Assembly: GCF_009914755.1 (NCBI RefSeq)
Contig: NC_060947.1
Direction: 5' to 3' (one strand)
Length of the DNA: 64,000 bases
From: the human T2T-CHM13v2.0 reference genome, Homo sapiens
A program made the translations under genes and the position numbers. Shown piece after piece: positions 1-16,722 of the stretch. Below the pieces are notes generated by a model. That model searched no databases. It saw nothing but the letters and a program-made list of their open reading frames with translations, and had not been told where the DNA came from. How positions within the stretch are numbered: position 1 is the stretch's first letter; every line of letters begins with the position of its first letter.

Positions 1-1008
1 ATAAACGTGGGAGTGCAGATATCTCATTTTTATACCTATTTCCTTTCTTTTGGATATATACTCAATAGTGGAATTGCTGGATCACATAGTAGTTACATTT
101 TCAGTTTTTGGAGGAATCTTTATATTGTTTTTCATCATGGCTGTACTAATTTACATTCCCACCAACAGTGCCTAAGAGTTCCCCTTTCTCCACATCCTTG
201 CCAGCACTTGTTACCTTTTGTCTTTTTGATAATAGCTATTTTAGCTGAGGAGACTGATATTTCACACTTGATCTTAGCCAAAAGGCCGAGAAGCGATGAG
301 ACTGATATTTCAATGTTGCCTTGATATACATTGCCCTAATGATAAATGATGGTGAGCATTTTTTCATGTACTTCTTGGCCATTTGTATATTTTCTTTTGA
401 AAAATAACTGTTTGGTTTTTTTTTTTTTTTTGCCCATGTTCTAATTGGCTTACTTGAGGGTTTTTATTTTGCTATTGAGTTGTTTGAATTCCTTATATAT
501 TATAGTTATTAATCTCTTACCAAATGGATAGTTTGCAAAATTTTTATCCCATTCTATAGGTCGTTTCTCTACCTTGTTGGTTGTTTCATTTGCTGTGCAG
601 AAGCTTTTTAGCTTGATGTAATCCCATTTGTCTATTTTTGCTTTTATTGCATTTAGACTGCATTTCAGTCAGATATTATATTGTAAGTATAGGCTTTTGA
701 GGTCTTGGCCAAAACATTTTTGCCCAGACCCACGTTACGTAGCATTTCCCAGATGTTTTCTTCTAATAGTTTTATAATTTTAGGCCTTACATTTAAGTCT
801 TTAGTCCATTTTGAGTTGACTTTTATATACGGTAAAACATGGGGATCTAGCTTCATTCTTACGTATATGAATATCCATTTTTCCCAGCATCATGTATTAA
901 AGGGACTCTTCTTTCCTCAATGTATGTTCTTGGCACCTTTGTAAAAAATGAGTTGGCTGTAACTGATTAGATTTATTTCTGGGTTCTCTATTCTGTTCCA
1001 CAGGTCTG
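1..1008 (-). mobile_element. Old L1 (L1MA-like) ORF2 C-terminal fragment
   Basis: Minus-strand ORF 665..856 [26 protein letters not shown] matches the ORF2p segment [25 protein letters not shown] in the 5497..8673 ORF; highly decayed. Confidence 0.85.
264..297 (-). pseudogene. 3'-truncated (tailless) U2 snRNA retropseudogene, U2 nt 1-34
   Basis: Reverse complement reads ATCGCTTCTCGGCCTTTTGGCTAAGATCAAGTGT, the U2 5' end. Flanked by a perfect 15-bp direct repeat gagactgatatttca (250-264 and 298-312); no poly(A). Confidence 0.95.
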
Positions 1009-1879
1009 AAATCATTTTTCCTGGGATCAATATTATTTATTTGATTCTTGAGGATATTGTACCATTCTGATAGTCTATGGTTATTGACTAGGACAGAAAA
1101 CTAGAAAAGTGGTAGGTGTAGGATATGCCTCATACATAGTCTTAAAAATGTGCTTTTTGTAAATGATCAATGCAATTTCAAATATGAAACTGTCTTTTGA
1201 TCTATGACATCTGCCTAACTGTGGAGGCAGCAAAACAAAAGCTGATCAGTAAGTTTAACAGTCGTGGTACTGAACATCTTTTTCAAAATAATTACATGAT
1301 TTCTCTTGCTTTCCACTCGACAAACATCTCAACATTATCATTGCAACATAACATTCTGTTTGACCACAAAGGGGGGAAATCTTAACTGTCAGAAAGAAAA
1401 TAGAAATTAATTATGTACATAGGTCCCTGTTCAATTTATTCTGCCATAGATTAAAAGAAAAAAAAATCCATTAGAATAAAATACTAAACCCAAATACAAA
1501 TTATGACACCTTCTGCCACCTATTTTATATCCACTTAATGGTCTCTATTCCTGGTTGATGGAGAAATTTGGTGTTCTAATGAAGTAAGGGTTGTTTATGA
1601 ATACAATTAAACCATGGCGGAGACATGAGTGTGCATTTTATTATATATATCATGCTGGATGGCTTTACCATAATGTTACAGCTACCGAGAATTAATTCCA
1701 AGAGAAATAAAAGTTCTACAGTGCTCACTAGAGTCTGAACTTAAGTTTCTCCATTCATGTTGCTACCACATCTGCTTCCTGACATCACAGAGAATCATGA
1801 CATTGAGCCACTCAGCTGAGTGGAGATGTCCTGGAAGGACTTTAAAAAGTTGATATCCCCAAGGTGTATTATATTGAGT

Positions 1880-1995
1880 GGTTTGTGACTCAGCTATGAC
1901 ATTAAGGAAATCTCATTGTTTTTGTTCCCTCATCTGTAAAATGAGGAGAGAATTGGCTGGCCTCAAAAACATTTTAGGGAAATTAATTCATTAAC
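1880..1995 (+). mobile_element. MIR SINE fragment
   Basis: Core motif ccctcatctgtaaaatgagg. Confidence 0.6.
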
Positions 1996-2269
1996 TAAGG
2001 TGACGGAAAAAAGAAGAATTACACAGAAGTTAAATTTAGCACTGAAAATGGTACATTAACAGTGGTCCATAACCAGGTCTACTGATATGAGTTACATGAA
2101 GAAAGAGGTGCTATAAGGTTTGATTATTTTCCTAATCACCAGAACATAGTGTGATTCTTGCTGACATTTTAGACTGCATTTCAGTCAGATATCATGTTGA
2201 AAGAGAGGTAGGAAGAGATAGGGAGACATACTGCTTTCTTCATATGTCCCAAGTAGATTGACTCTGCAA

Positions 2270-2352
2270 GCTTTCAAATGAGAAGATTCAGTGAAATAAC
2301 GCATATCAAGTGCCAAGCATAGAGCCTGACATAGAGTAATTGCTTAATAACT
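2270..2352 (+). mobile_element. MIR SINE 3' fragment
   Basis: gaagattcagtgaaataacgcatatcaagtgcc...gcctgacatagagtaattgcttaataa resembles the MIR 3' part. Confidence 0.6.
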
Positions 2353-2524
2353 GCAAATTCCTTTTCTGGATCACAAAAGCAGTATCTTCTCTTCTCTGAC
2401 AGCACCATTCTAAAAGGATCGTACTCACCCAAACTGGCATATCTCCATTTATCACACCACCTCCACAAGCACACTGCATCTCTTAATGTATTAGTAAGCT
2501 AATTTTACTTGTCTTCTTCCACAT

Positions 2525-2600
2525 CTACCTTTTACAGATGAAGAAACTGCAGCACAGAGAGGTTAAGTGACTTGTCCAAAGTCACACGAGCCAGTTAGGG
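2525..2600 (-). mobile_element. MIR SINE core
   Basis: ttttacagatgaagaaactgcagcacagagaggttaagtgacttgtccaaagtcacac. Confidence 0.85.
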
Positions 2601-2602
2601 TG

Positions 2603-3450
2603 TTCATTCCAGTCATCAACTATGTGCCAGGTAGTGTGCTAGAATGTGGGGATAAAATGGTAAGGAAAATTGATACAGCTTTTGCCTTTATGAAACTTAC
2701 AATCTGGTAGTGGAGAGAAAGAGTAATCAATCATCAAACACACAAAGAAATGTAAAGTCAAATCTCTGGTAGGTGCTATGAAGAAAAGGTACATGTGCTA
2801 TGAGAATATATAAAAGAATATATAACTGGCATGGTCTGAGGGGTCAGAGAGGGCTTATGTGAGGAAATTATATTTGAGATAATAAAAATGCTAAAGAGTT
2901 AAGTTAAAAATAGGGGTGAAGGTGCCACAGAGGACTGATTTAGTCAGAAGAATATGGAAAAATCTTTATTGTAGGGATGTTAGCCTAGAAAATCCACACA
3001 TACATACACACAAGGTTAGTGTGATTGGAGCATAGAAACTGCAGGGGAGCTTGGTGCAAAGATGATATTGCAGGTGTGGGCATGAAGGAGCCTAAGCTGT
3101 GCCTACAGGCTATATTAAGAAAATTTATTTTTGTGCTAGAGCAATGAGAAGTAAATGAAAGATGTTAAGTATGGCAGAGGCTGGGAAAGGGTAGAGGCAT
3201 GACATTACATAATTTCTGTTTTTAAAGGCCAATCTTGTGGAAGTATAGAGAATAGATAGGAAGGGGGTGGAGGGGAGATCAGGAGGTAAACTTAGAGGCC
3301 ATGGCACTAGTCTAGACAAGAGGTGGTGCTGGCTCAGACAAAGGTCATGGCAATGGAGATGCTGAGAAGTAAATTGTCTTAAGACACACAAAAGGGGTAA
3401 AATAAATAGAACATGATGACTGACGGAATATAGAAGTGAATAAAGGAGAT
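2603..3450 (-). mobile_element. L2 LINE 3' fragment
   Basis: ttcattc...ctatgtgccaggtagtgtgctag...gaaacttacaatctggt followed by purine-rich L2 antisense sequence. Confidence 0.7.
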
Positions 3451-4031
3451 GAGTGAACTTTGGCAGCAAATGAAAAAAAGTAATTCCTTAACAAAATGGT
3501 TTGCATTAATGCTATAAACTCTGCTGGCATAAAAATGAAATTTGTGAATTTCTTTTTCCCTTAGCTCCAACCCTTCCCTTGCCCCCTTCCTGCTATATGT
3601 AAGGTGATGCAATCAGCCTCTAGCTTCCAGCTACTGAACTCAAGGTTCTTGGCCAGAGTGTAGCTCTGCACTTGCTTAGAAATGAATGCCTCAGGATGAG
3701 AAGTTAGGTTAAACAAGCTTCTTGGCATAAAACCTGAAGATAACAGATGGAACACTGCACCCTACCCCAATATAGGGTTCCAGAATCTTAGACCAAAGTG
3801 GTCTGAAAAGGAAATGAATCTCTATTCAGAGCCTGCTAAAGATAAAAGATGCCAACACCTATGAAAGCAGTTAGACAACTCCAAATGTTGCCCAGATAAA
3901 AGCTTTTAAAATTTATCCATTTTTGCTTGATTAAGGCAAGAGCTCTCTGCCACTGTTTTAGAGGCATTGTTTTTTATCAAGATGATGTGAGCATGGAAGA
4001 AAACAGAATTCACTTGAAATAAAACGAATGG

Positions 4032-4615
4032 TATATTTATGTGATGAATCACATTTATTGATTTGTGTCTGTTTAACTAACCTTGCATCCTGGGGATGAA
4101 GCCTACTTTATAGTGGTGGTTTAGCTTTTTGATGTGCTGCTGGGTTTGGGTTGTAAGTATTTTGTTGAGGATTTTTTCATCAATGTTCATCAGGGATATT
4201 GGCCTGAAGATTTTTTTTTTCTGGTTGTGTCTCTGCCAGGTTTTGCTATAGGGATGATGCTGGACTCTTAGAATGAGTTAAGGAGTAGTCCCTCCTCCTC
4301 AATATTTTGTAATAGTTTCAGTAGGAATTGTAACAGCTCTTCTTTGTACATTTGCTAGAATTTGGCTGCGAATCCATCTTCTCCTGGACTTTTTTTTGTT
4401 GTTGGTAGGCTATTTATTACTGATGCAATTTTGGAGCGCATTATTGGTCTGTTCAGGGCATCCATTTTCTTCCTGGTTCAGTCTTAGGAGGGTATATGTG
4501 TCCTGGATTTGTTGATTGTTTGCATATTTTTGTGTGTGTGTCTCAGTTTCCTTCAGTTCAGCTCTGATTTTGGTTATTTCTTGTCTTCTGCTAGCTTTGG
4601 GGTTCATTTGTTCTT
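4032..4615 (-). mobile_element. Older L1 (L1PA13-like) ORF2 fragment; left part of the host split by the young L1
   Basis: Homologous to ~6910-7690 of the young L1 with an internal deletion near 4505; resumes at 10666 after the TSD. Confidence 0.85.
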
Positions 4616-4845
4616 TTTTTTTTTCTTTTCTTTTTTTTAAATTATACTTTAAGTTTTAGGGTACATGTGCACATTGTGCAGGTTAGTTACATATGTATAC
4701 ATGTGCCATGCTGGTGCGCTGCACCCACTAACTCGTCATCTAGCATTAGGTATATCTCCCAATGCTATCCCTCCCCCCTCCCCCCACCCCACCACAGTCC
4801 CCAGAGTGTGATATTCCCCTTCCTGTGTCCATGTGATCTCATTGT

Positions 4846-8700
<3,855 letters not shown>

Positions 8701-8736
8701 TTAGTTGATGCAGTTTCTTCCTAGTCTCGATGGTCT

Positions 8737-9754
8737 TTACATTTTGGCATGATTTTGCAGTGGCTGGTACTGGTTGTTCCTTTCCATGTTTAGCGCTTCC
8801 TTCAGGAGCTCTTTTAGGGCAGGCCTGGTGGTGACAAAACCTCTCAGCATTTGCTTGTCTGTAAAGTATTTTATTTCTCCTTCACTTATGAAGCTTAGTT
8901 TGGCTGGATATGAAATTCTGGGTTGAAAATTCTTTTCTTTAAGAATGTTGAATATTGGCCCCCACTCTCTTCTGGCTTGTAGGGTTTCTGCTGAGAGATC
9001 CACTGTTAGTCTTATGGGCTTCCCTTTGTGGGTAACCCAACCTTTCTCTCTGGCTGCCCTTAACATTTTTTCCTTCATTTCAACTTTGGTGAATCTGACA
9101 ATTATGTGTCTTGGAGTTGCTCTTCTCAAGGAGTATCTTTGTGGCGTTCTCTGTATTTCCTGAATCTGAACGTTGGCCTGCCTTGCTAGATTGGGGAAGT
9201 TCTCCTGGATAATATCCTGCAGAGTGTTTTCCAACTTGGTTCCATTCTCCCCATCACTTTCAGGTACACCAATCAGACATAGATTTGGTCTTTTCACATA
9301 GTCCCATATTTCTTGGAGGCTTTGCTCATTTCTTTTTATTCTTTTTTCTCTAAACTTCCCTTCTCGCTTCATTTCATTCATTTCATCTTCCATCGCTGAT
9401 ACCCTTTCTTCCAGTTGATCGCATCGGCTCCTGAGGCTTCTGCATTCTTCACATAGTTCTCGAGCCTTGGTTTTCAGCTCCATCAGCTCCTTTAAGCACT
9501 TCTCTGTATTGGTTATTCTAGTTATACATTCTTCTAAATTTTTTTCAAAGTTTTCAACTTCTTTGCCTTTGGTTTGAATGTCCTCCCGTAGCTCAGAGTA
9601 ATTTGATCGTCTGAAGCCTTCTTCTCTCAGCTCGTCAAAGTCATTCTCCATCCAGCTTTGTTCTGTTGCTGGTGAGGAACTGCGTTCCTTTGGAGGAGGA
9701 GAGGTGCTCTGCGTTGTAGAGTTTCCAGTTTTTCTGTTCTGTTTTTTTCCCCAT
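8737..9754 (-). pseudogene. L1 ORF1 (RNA-binding chaperone) with +1 frameshift after the start codon
   Basis: ATG at 9754-9752 is followed by GGG and A7 (canonical A6); the span is 1018 nt versus 1017 canonical. The downstream frame is open for 304 aa from MENDFDEL with REKG, ARR and YPAKLS motifs. Confidence 0.9.
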
Positions 9755-10665
9755 CTTTGTGGTTTTATCTACTTTTGGTCTTTGATGATGGTGATGTACA
9801 GATGGGTTTTTGGTGTGGATGTCCTTTCTGTTTGTTAGTTTTCCTTCTAACAGACAGGACCCTCAGCTGCAGGTCTGTTGGAATACCCTGCCGTGTGAGG
9901 TGTCATTGTGCCCCTGCTGGGGGGTGCCTCCCAGTTAGGCTGCTCGGGGGCCAGGGGTCAGGGGTCAGGGACCCACTTGAGGAGGCAGTCTGCCCGTTCT
10001 CAGATCTCCAGCTGCGTGCTGGGAGAACCACTGCTCTCTTCAAAGCTGTCAGACAGGGACATTTAAGTCTGCAGAGGTTACTGCTGTCTTTTTGTCTGTG
10101 CCCTGCCCCCAGAGGTGGAGCCTACAGAGGCAGGCAGGCCTCCTTGAGCTGTGGTGGGCTCCACCCAGTTCGAGTTTCCTGGCTGCTTTGTTTACCTAAG
10201 CAAGCCTGGGCAATGGTGGGCGCCCCTCCCCCAGCCTTGCTGCCGCCTTGCAGTTTGATCTCAGACTGCTGTGCTAGCAATCAGCGAGACTCCCTGGGCG
10301 TAGGACCCTCCGAGCCAGGTGCGGGATATAATCTCGTGGTGCGCCGTTTTTTAAGCCGGTCGGAAAAGCGCAGTATTCGGGTGGGAGTGACCCGATTTTC
10401 CAGGTGCGTCCGTCACCCCTTTCTTTGACTCGGAAAGGGAACTCCCTGACCCCTTGCACTTCCCAAGTGAGGCAATGCCTCGCCCTGCTTCGGCTCGCGC
10501 ACGGTGTGCGCACCCACTGACCTGCGCCCACTGTCTGGCACTCCCTAGTGAGATGAACCCGGTACCTCAGACGGAAATGCAGAAATCACCCGTCTTCTGC
10601 GTCGCTCACGCTGGGAGCTGTAGACCAGAGCTGTTCCTATTCGGCCATCTTGGCTCCTCCCCTCC
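9755..10665 (-). promoter_or_regulatory. L1 5'UTR with internal sense promoter and antisense promoter; YY1 site
   Basis: CpG-rich 5'UTR; YY1 motif CAAGATGGCCG on the minus strand at 10642-10652. Confidence 0.85.
10213..10428 (+). CDS. L1 antisense ORF0, intact 71 aa
   Basis: MVGAPPPALLPPCSLISDCCASNQRDSLGVGPSEPGAGYNLVVRRFLSRSEKRSIRVGVTRFSRCVRHPFL matches primate L1 ORF0 as recalled; donor-like sites CAG|GTGCGG (10318/10319) and CAG|GTGCGT (10403/10404). Confidence 0.8.
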   Translation: MVGAPPPALLPPCSLISDCCASNQRDSLGVGPSEPGAGYNLVVRRFLSRSEKRSIRVGVTRFSRCVRHPFL

Positions 10666-13114
10666 CATTTGTTCTTGTTTCTGTAGTGTTTTCAGTTGTG
10701 ATGTTAGGTTGTTAATTTGAGATCCAGCTTTTTGATGTAGATATTTAGTGCTATGAATTTCCCTCTTAACATTCCCTTAGCTGTGTCTCAGAAATTCTGG
10801 TATGTTGTATGTTTGTTCTCATTACTTTCAAAGCACTTCTTGACTTTTGTCTTAATTTCACTGTTTTCTCAAAAGTCATGTAGGAACATGTTTAATTTTC
10901 AGGTAATTATGTGGTTTTGAGTGATTTTCTTAGTCTTGACTTTTATTTTCTCAGTCTTTCTTCTATTACATTGTGGTTTGAGTGTGTGTTTGGTATGATT
11001 TTGGTTATTTTGTATTTGTTGAGGATTGTTGTATGCCCAATTATGTGGCTGATTTTAGAGTACATGCCATGTGGGCATGAAAAGAATTATATTCTGCTGG
11101 TTTTGGATGGAGAGTTCTTGTAGAGGTCTATCAAATCCATTTGGTCCAATGTTGAGTTCAGGGTGTGAATATCATGTTAATTTTCTGCCTTGATAATCTG
11201 TCTAATACTGTCAGTGGAGTGTTGAAGTCTCCCACCATTTTTGTGTGGGAATCTATGTAACTTTTGTGGGTCTCTAAGAACTTGCTTTATGAATCTGGGT
11301 GCTCCTGTGTTGGGTGCATATGTATTTAGAATAGTTGGGTCTTTCTGTTGAACCAAACCATTTACCATTATGTAATCCTCTTTTTTGTCTGGTTTGATCT
11401 TTGCTGGTTTGGAGTCTGTTTTGTCTGAAATTAGGATTACAATGCCACTTTTTTCTGTTTTTCATTTGCTTGGTAGATTTTCCTCCATCCCTTTATTTTG
11501 AGCCTATGGGCGTCCTTACATGTAAGATGGGACTCTTGAAGTCAATGTACTATTGGGTCTTACTTCTTTATCCAGCTTGCCATTCTGTGCCTTTTAAGTG
11601 GGGCATTTAGCCCATTTACATTCAAGGTTAGTGTGGATATGTGTGGATTTCATCCTGTCATTGTCTTGCTAGCTGGTTATTATGCTGGCTTGTTTGTGTG
11701 GTTGCTTAATGGTGTCCCTGATCTGCATATTTAAGCATGTTTTTGTATTAGCTAGTAGTGATCTTTCTTTTCTATATCTAGTGTTCTTTTCAATATCTCT
11801 TGTAAGGCAGGTCTGGTGGTAACAAAGTCCCTCAACATTTGTTTATCTGAAAAGGATATTATTTCTCCTTATCTTAGGAAGCTTAGCTTGGCTGGATATG
11901 AAATCCTTGGTCGAAGGTTTTTTCTTTAAGAATGTTGAATATAGGTCTCCAATCCCTCTGGCTTGCAGGGTTTCAACTGAGAGGTCCACTGTTAGCCTGA
12001 TGGAGTTTTCATTGTATGTGACCTGCCCTTTCTCTCTACCTACCTTAACATTCTTTCTTTCATTTCTACCTTAGAAGATCTGACTATTTTGTGAAATTCT
12101 TGTATTGTGTTATTCAGCTCTGTTAGATCCATTAGGTTCTTCTTATACCATCTATTTTCTTCTTCAGCTCCTGTATCGTTTTATTGTGGTTCCTAGTTTC
12201 CTTGGATTGGGTTTTTTTATTCTCTTTAATCTCAATGAGCTTCACTCCTGTTCCTATTCTGAATTCTATTTATGTCATTTCAACCAGCTCAGCCTGGTTA
12301 AAACCTCTTGTTGGAGAATTGGTGTGGTAGTTTGGAGGATATATGATACTTTGGCCATTTGAGTTACTGGAGTTCTTGTGTTGGTTCTTTCTCATCTCTG
12401 TGTGTGGGCGTTCTTTTAACTGCAGTGTAGATTGTGTACAGTCAACAGACTTCTTTTCTGGATGTTTTCACCAGGTCGAGGCTTTGTGCAGGGTCATAAT
12501 TTGAAGCTGACTCCTTGTCTTTGGTTTCAGAGGGGGGTACGTTAGTGAGGTGTTTTTGGTGTTGAAGCTTTGAGGTGCGATCCAGTAGGTGGCACTTAGG
12601 CATATTGGTCAGTTGGTAGACTCTTGCTTGGTTGTGTGGCTCCCCTGTGCTTTCTTACAGTTGCAGCTGTGTTCCCTCTCAATGTTCTGACAACGTGAGT
12701 TCTTCTCCCCCTTGAGTGCTGGGTGTAGGTCGTGACTTGGCACTCCTGGGCTGCCCACAGCAGTTATCAGGTGATCTCTGTGTTTATGTTTCTTCCTCAA
12801 TCTGGAGGCAGCAGAGGAAAGGACCTTAGTAGTGGTTGTGGCCAAGGGTCTTTTGCTTGTCTTCTGGGGTCTCCAACCTGAAGAGATTCGGGTCAGCAAT
12901 TGCTCAGTGCAAACAGCCTAGGATGGTGGGTCTGTGCTGTAGACCCAAATTGGGGGTTCCCTGTCTGGTGATGAGCAGGGGGTCATGGGTTGGACCCATG
13001 GCAGATGAACTGGCCTCCTCTTTTTGGGGTGACTGCAGCTTGTTGGAGGTGTAGATAAGGCACTTAGAGTCTTTGCTCCTGTTCTTGTAGGTATCAATAA
13101 TGAAGGCTGCAAGA

Positions 13115-13700
13115 GAGCAAAGAGGGATCTGCCCCTCTCTCTGGGAGCTCTGTCTCAGGGAGGTTTTAAATCTCTATTGGCCAAAAAACACTGGTAGGGA
13201 TGGCTGGACACCCCAGTAAGGAAATCCCACCCTGTGAGAAGGAATGGGATCATAGACCTATTTTCAAAAGCAATCTGACCACATTTTCATATAGCCGCTG
13301 TGCTTTGTTGGGGGACTGCTTCTGCCCCCAGTCAGCTTGAACTCTCCAAAGCCTGAAGGTTGGAACAGCTATGTTGCACAAACAGCAAAGATGGCAGCCC
13401 ACCCCTCCCTCTGGGAGCTCCATCCCAGGTAGGTTCCAAATCTCCGTCTGTCAGAAAACATTGGTGGGGGTTGCTGGAGACCCTGTTTGGGAGGTACTGC
13501 CCAGTGAGTAGGAACAGGATCAGGGATCTGTTTAAAAAAGCAGCCTGGCCATGTTTTTGTAGCACAGCTGTGCTGTGCTGGGTGACCATTTCTGTCCCCA
13601 GTTGGCTTGGACTCTCCAAAGCCCGAAGGCTGGAACAGCTAAGTTGGCCAAACAGCAAAGATGGCAGCCTGCCTCTCCCTCTGGGAGCCCCTTCTTAGGG
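13115..13700. repeat. ~260-bp tandem repeat units inside the old L1 5'UTR
   Basis: gcaaagatggcagcc...cctctgggagc recurs near 13120, 13385 and 13655. Confidence 0.75.
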
Positions 13701-13825
13701 AGGTGCAATGCTGCTACCAGTGGCTGGCTGGAATTCTAAACCAGTGGGTCTTATCTTGTGAGGTGTCATGAAAATGGGGCCTGCACACAGTCAATGCTCA
13801 GGCCCCTGGATTCATCCACTTTCTT

Positions 13826-14455
<630 letters not shown>

Positions 14456-16396
14456 CATCCACTTTCTTAGTGGTATGCATGGGGGTCTAACCTCCCGCTT
14501 TGCCAGAGTTGCAGCTACTTTTGCTGGGAAGCCTAGAAAGTGTGAGTATCTAAGGCTTGCAAATCTCCACGTGTGCCTGAGTGGCGGCTCTACCAAGACT
14601 CCACATAGCTGTGTGTTAGACTGAAGGCCCTAGTGGAGTGGGCTCATAAAGGGATCTCCTGATGTGAGGGTTGCAAAGATCCATGGGAAAAGTATGGGTT
14701 CCGGGGGTCACATATTCACTCCCTGCTTTCCTGGGTGTGGGAGGTACCTGTGGCTCTATGTTGCTCCTGGGTGGGCCATCATCCTGCCTTACTTTTCTTC
14801 ATTCTCCATGGGTAGAATTGTTTCCTTTGTTAGCTCTAATGTAAGTACCTGCCATCTTTTTATTATGTATTTCTTTATTCAGGTTTTCCTCTACCAAAGT
14901 TGGGATAACTGAAATTTCCTTCTGTTTTACAGGTACATTAATCTCAAAGTAATGCTAAGCTATTGGTGAATTATTTTGTCTTTTGCAAGTGTTCCTTAAT
15001 TCTTCCAGCATTTCAATGGCCCTATTGATGGTAATGAAAGTGAACATTTTTCTCATTTGCAAACCATGAAGTAATGGTCAAAAAAGAAATTGCCTATGGG
15101 ATTTTCCAGCTTTCCAAATAGATTTTAATAACAGCTTTTAAGATTTCCTTACTAGTGACTTGGGTTGAGGATAATGTGGTAGGTGGAAGAAATAGCCAAA
15201 TGGCACACTCTCTTCTAGCCACCTTTCCTATGGCATATTGTTTCTCCCTCTCTCTATTTTTTTATATTTTCAAATTATGGTGTTCTTGCTCTACTTTTTA
15301 ATATTTTATCAAAATGCTACTGTAAAGAATATGTGTTAGATTTATGGCCATATTGATATTTACCATGTAGATAAACATAAAGTTCCAATCACGTAACTTT
15401 AAACAGAAATCTATGACTATATTTATTTATTTATTTTCTGTTCAGGAAAGATTGCCTTGATAATGAATGTACTCTTCCCTTACAACCAATCCGAATGGCT
15501 TTGGTGTTTAGTTAATTTATTTAGAATAGATTGCCTTTTGTGTACATGTGGCTTAATTTTATCTACAAAGCTAGCAACTTTTATCAACTCAAAATCCATT
15601 TTTATTGGTTCTTAAAATGCTACTCTACCTATAAAAATGACTAGCACACAAATTACGGTCTATGATAGCTTATTCTACAATTATTTTAATATAGAACATG
15701 CACATTGCTATACTCAGGACCATTACTTCTGTTTTGCACTTCTTTTGTTCTCATCTACCCATTTAGGAAAAGGAACTTGGGTCCATCTTACTGAGTCACT
15801 AGGACTAGGCTGATTATGTCTTAGAAATAAACAAAGATTAGAAGCTCAAAGAAAATCATTAAACCAAATGAATAATTACTATTTTGAAATCAGATTACTG
15901 AATTGGGGTTAAGTAGATGTAGATCAGGGTCGGACATAAAGCATCCGTCCATTTCTTGATCACTTATCATGTATTACATACTGTACTAAGCACTGGGGAT
16001 ACAAAGATAAATAGCACCTAACCTCAAGTAGTTCACAGTTTGATCAGGAAGTTTGGTTGTCAAGGCAAAGTCATAAAGGTTGGAGATTAGATGAGCTGTG
16101 TTTGAATATATTTTAATTAGGTATATCCTGTGTGCTCAGCACATAGTATATGTGCTAAGGACTGTAATGATGTTTGTGTTGAATGTATCTATGTATATAA
16201 TGCACTGGATTCACTATTTATTTGGATATTTTCAAAACCTGGCCAGAGAGAAGAGAGGGGTTAGATACACCAAACTCCCCTGGACACTGCTGGCCTCTGT
16301 TAGATGAGCATGGCTTCAATTAAGCTACATGTACACAAAACTCAACTGGACAAGTTGAACTTAGAAAGGTTGTCATTTAAAGTGTGACTTTCTCAC

Positions 16397-16722
16397 TGGG
16401 CATGGCAGTTCACGCATGTAATCCTAGCACATTGGGAGGCCGAGGCAGGTGGATCACCATAAGTCAGGAGTTTGAGACCATCCTGGCCAACATGGCAAAA
16501 CCCCATCTCTACTGGAAAAAAAAACAAAAACAAAAATTAGCTGGGCGTGGTGGTAGATGTCTATAATCCCAGCTACTCTGGAAGCTGAGGCAGGAGAATT
16601 GTTTGAACCCGGGGCGGGGGGGTGAGTTGGGGAGGGGAGGTTGCAGTAAGCCCAGATGGCACCACTTCACTCCAGCCTGGGTGAAAGAGTGAAACTCCAT
16701 CTCAAAATAAATAAATAAATAA
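16397..16722 (+). mobile_element. Alu (AluS-like) with G-rich insertion
   Basis: Both arms, A-rich linker, (AAAT)n tail; decayed TSD aagtgtgactttctc / aagcatgacattctc. Confidence 0.93.
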
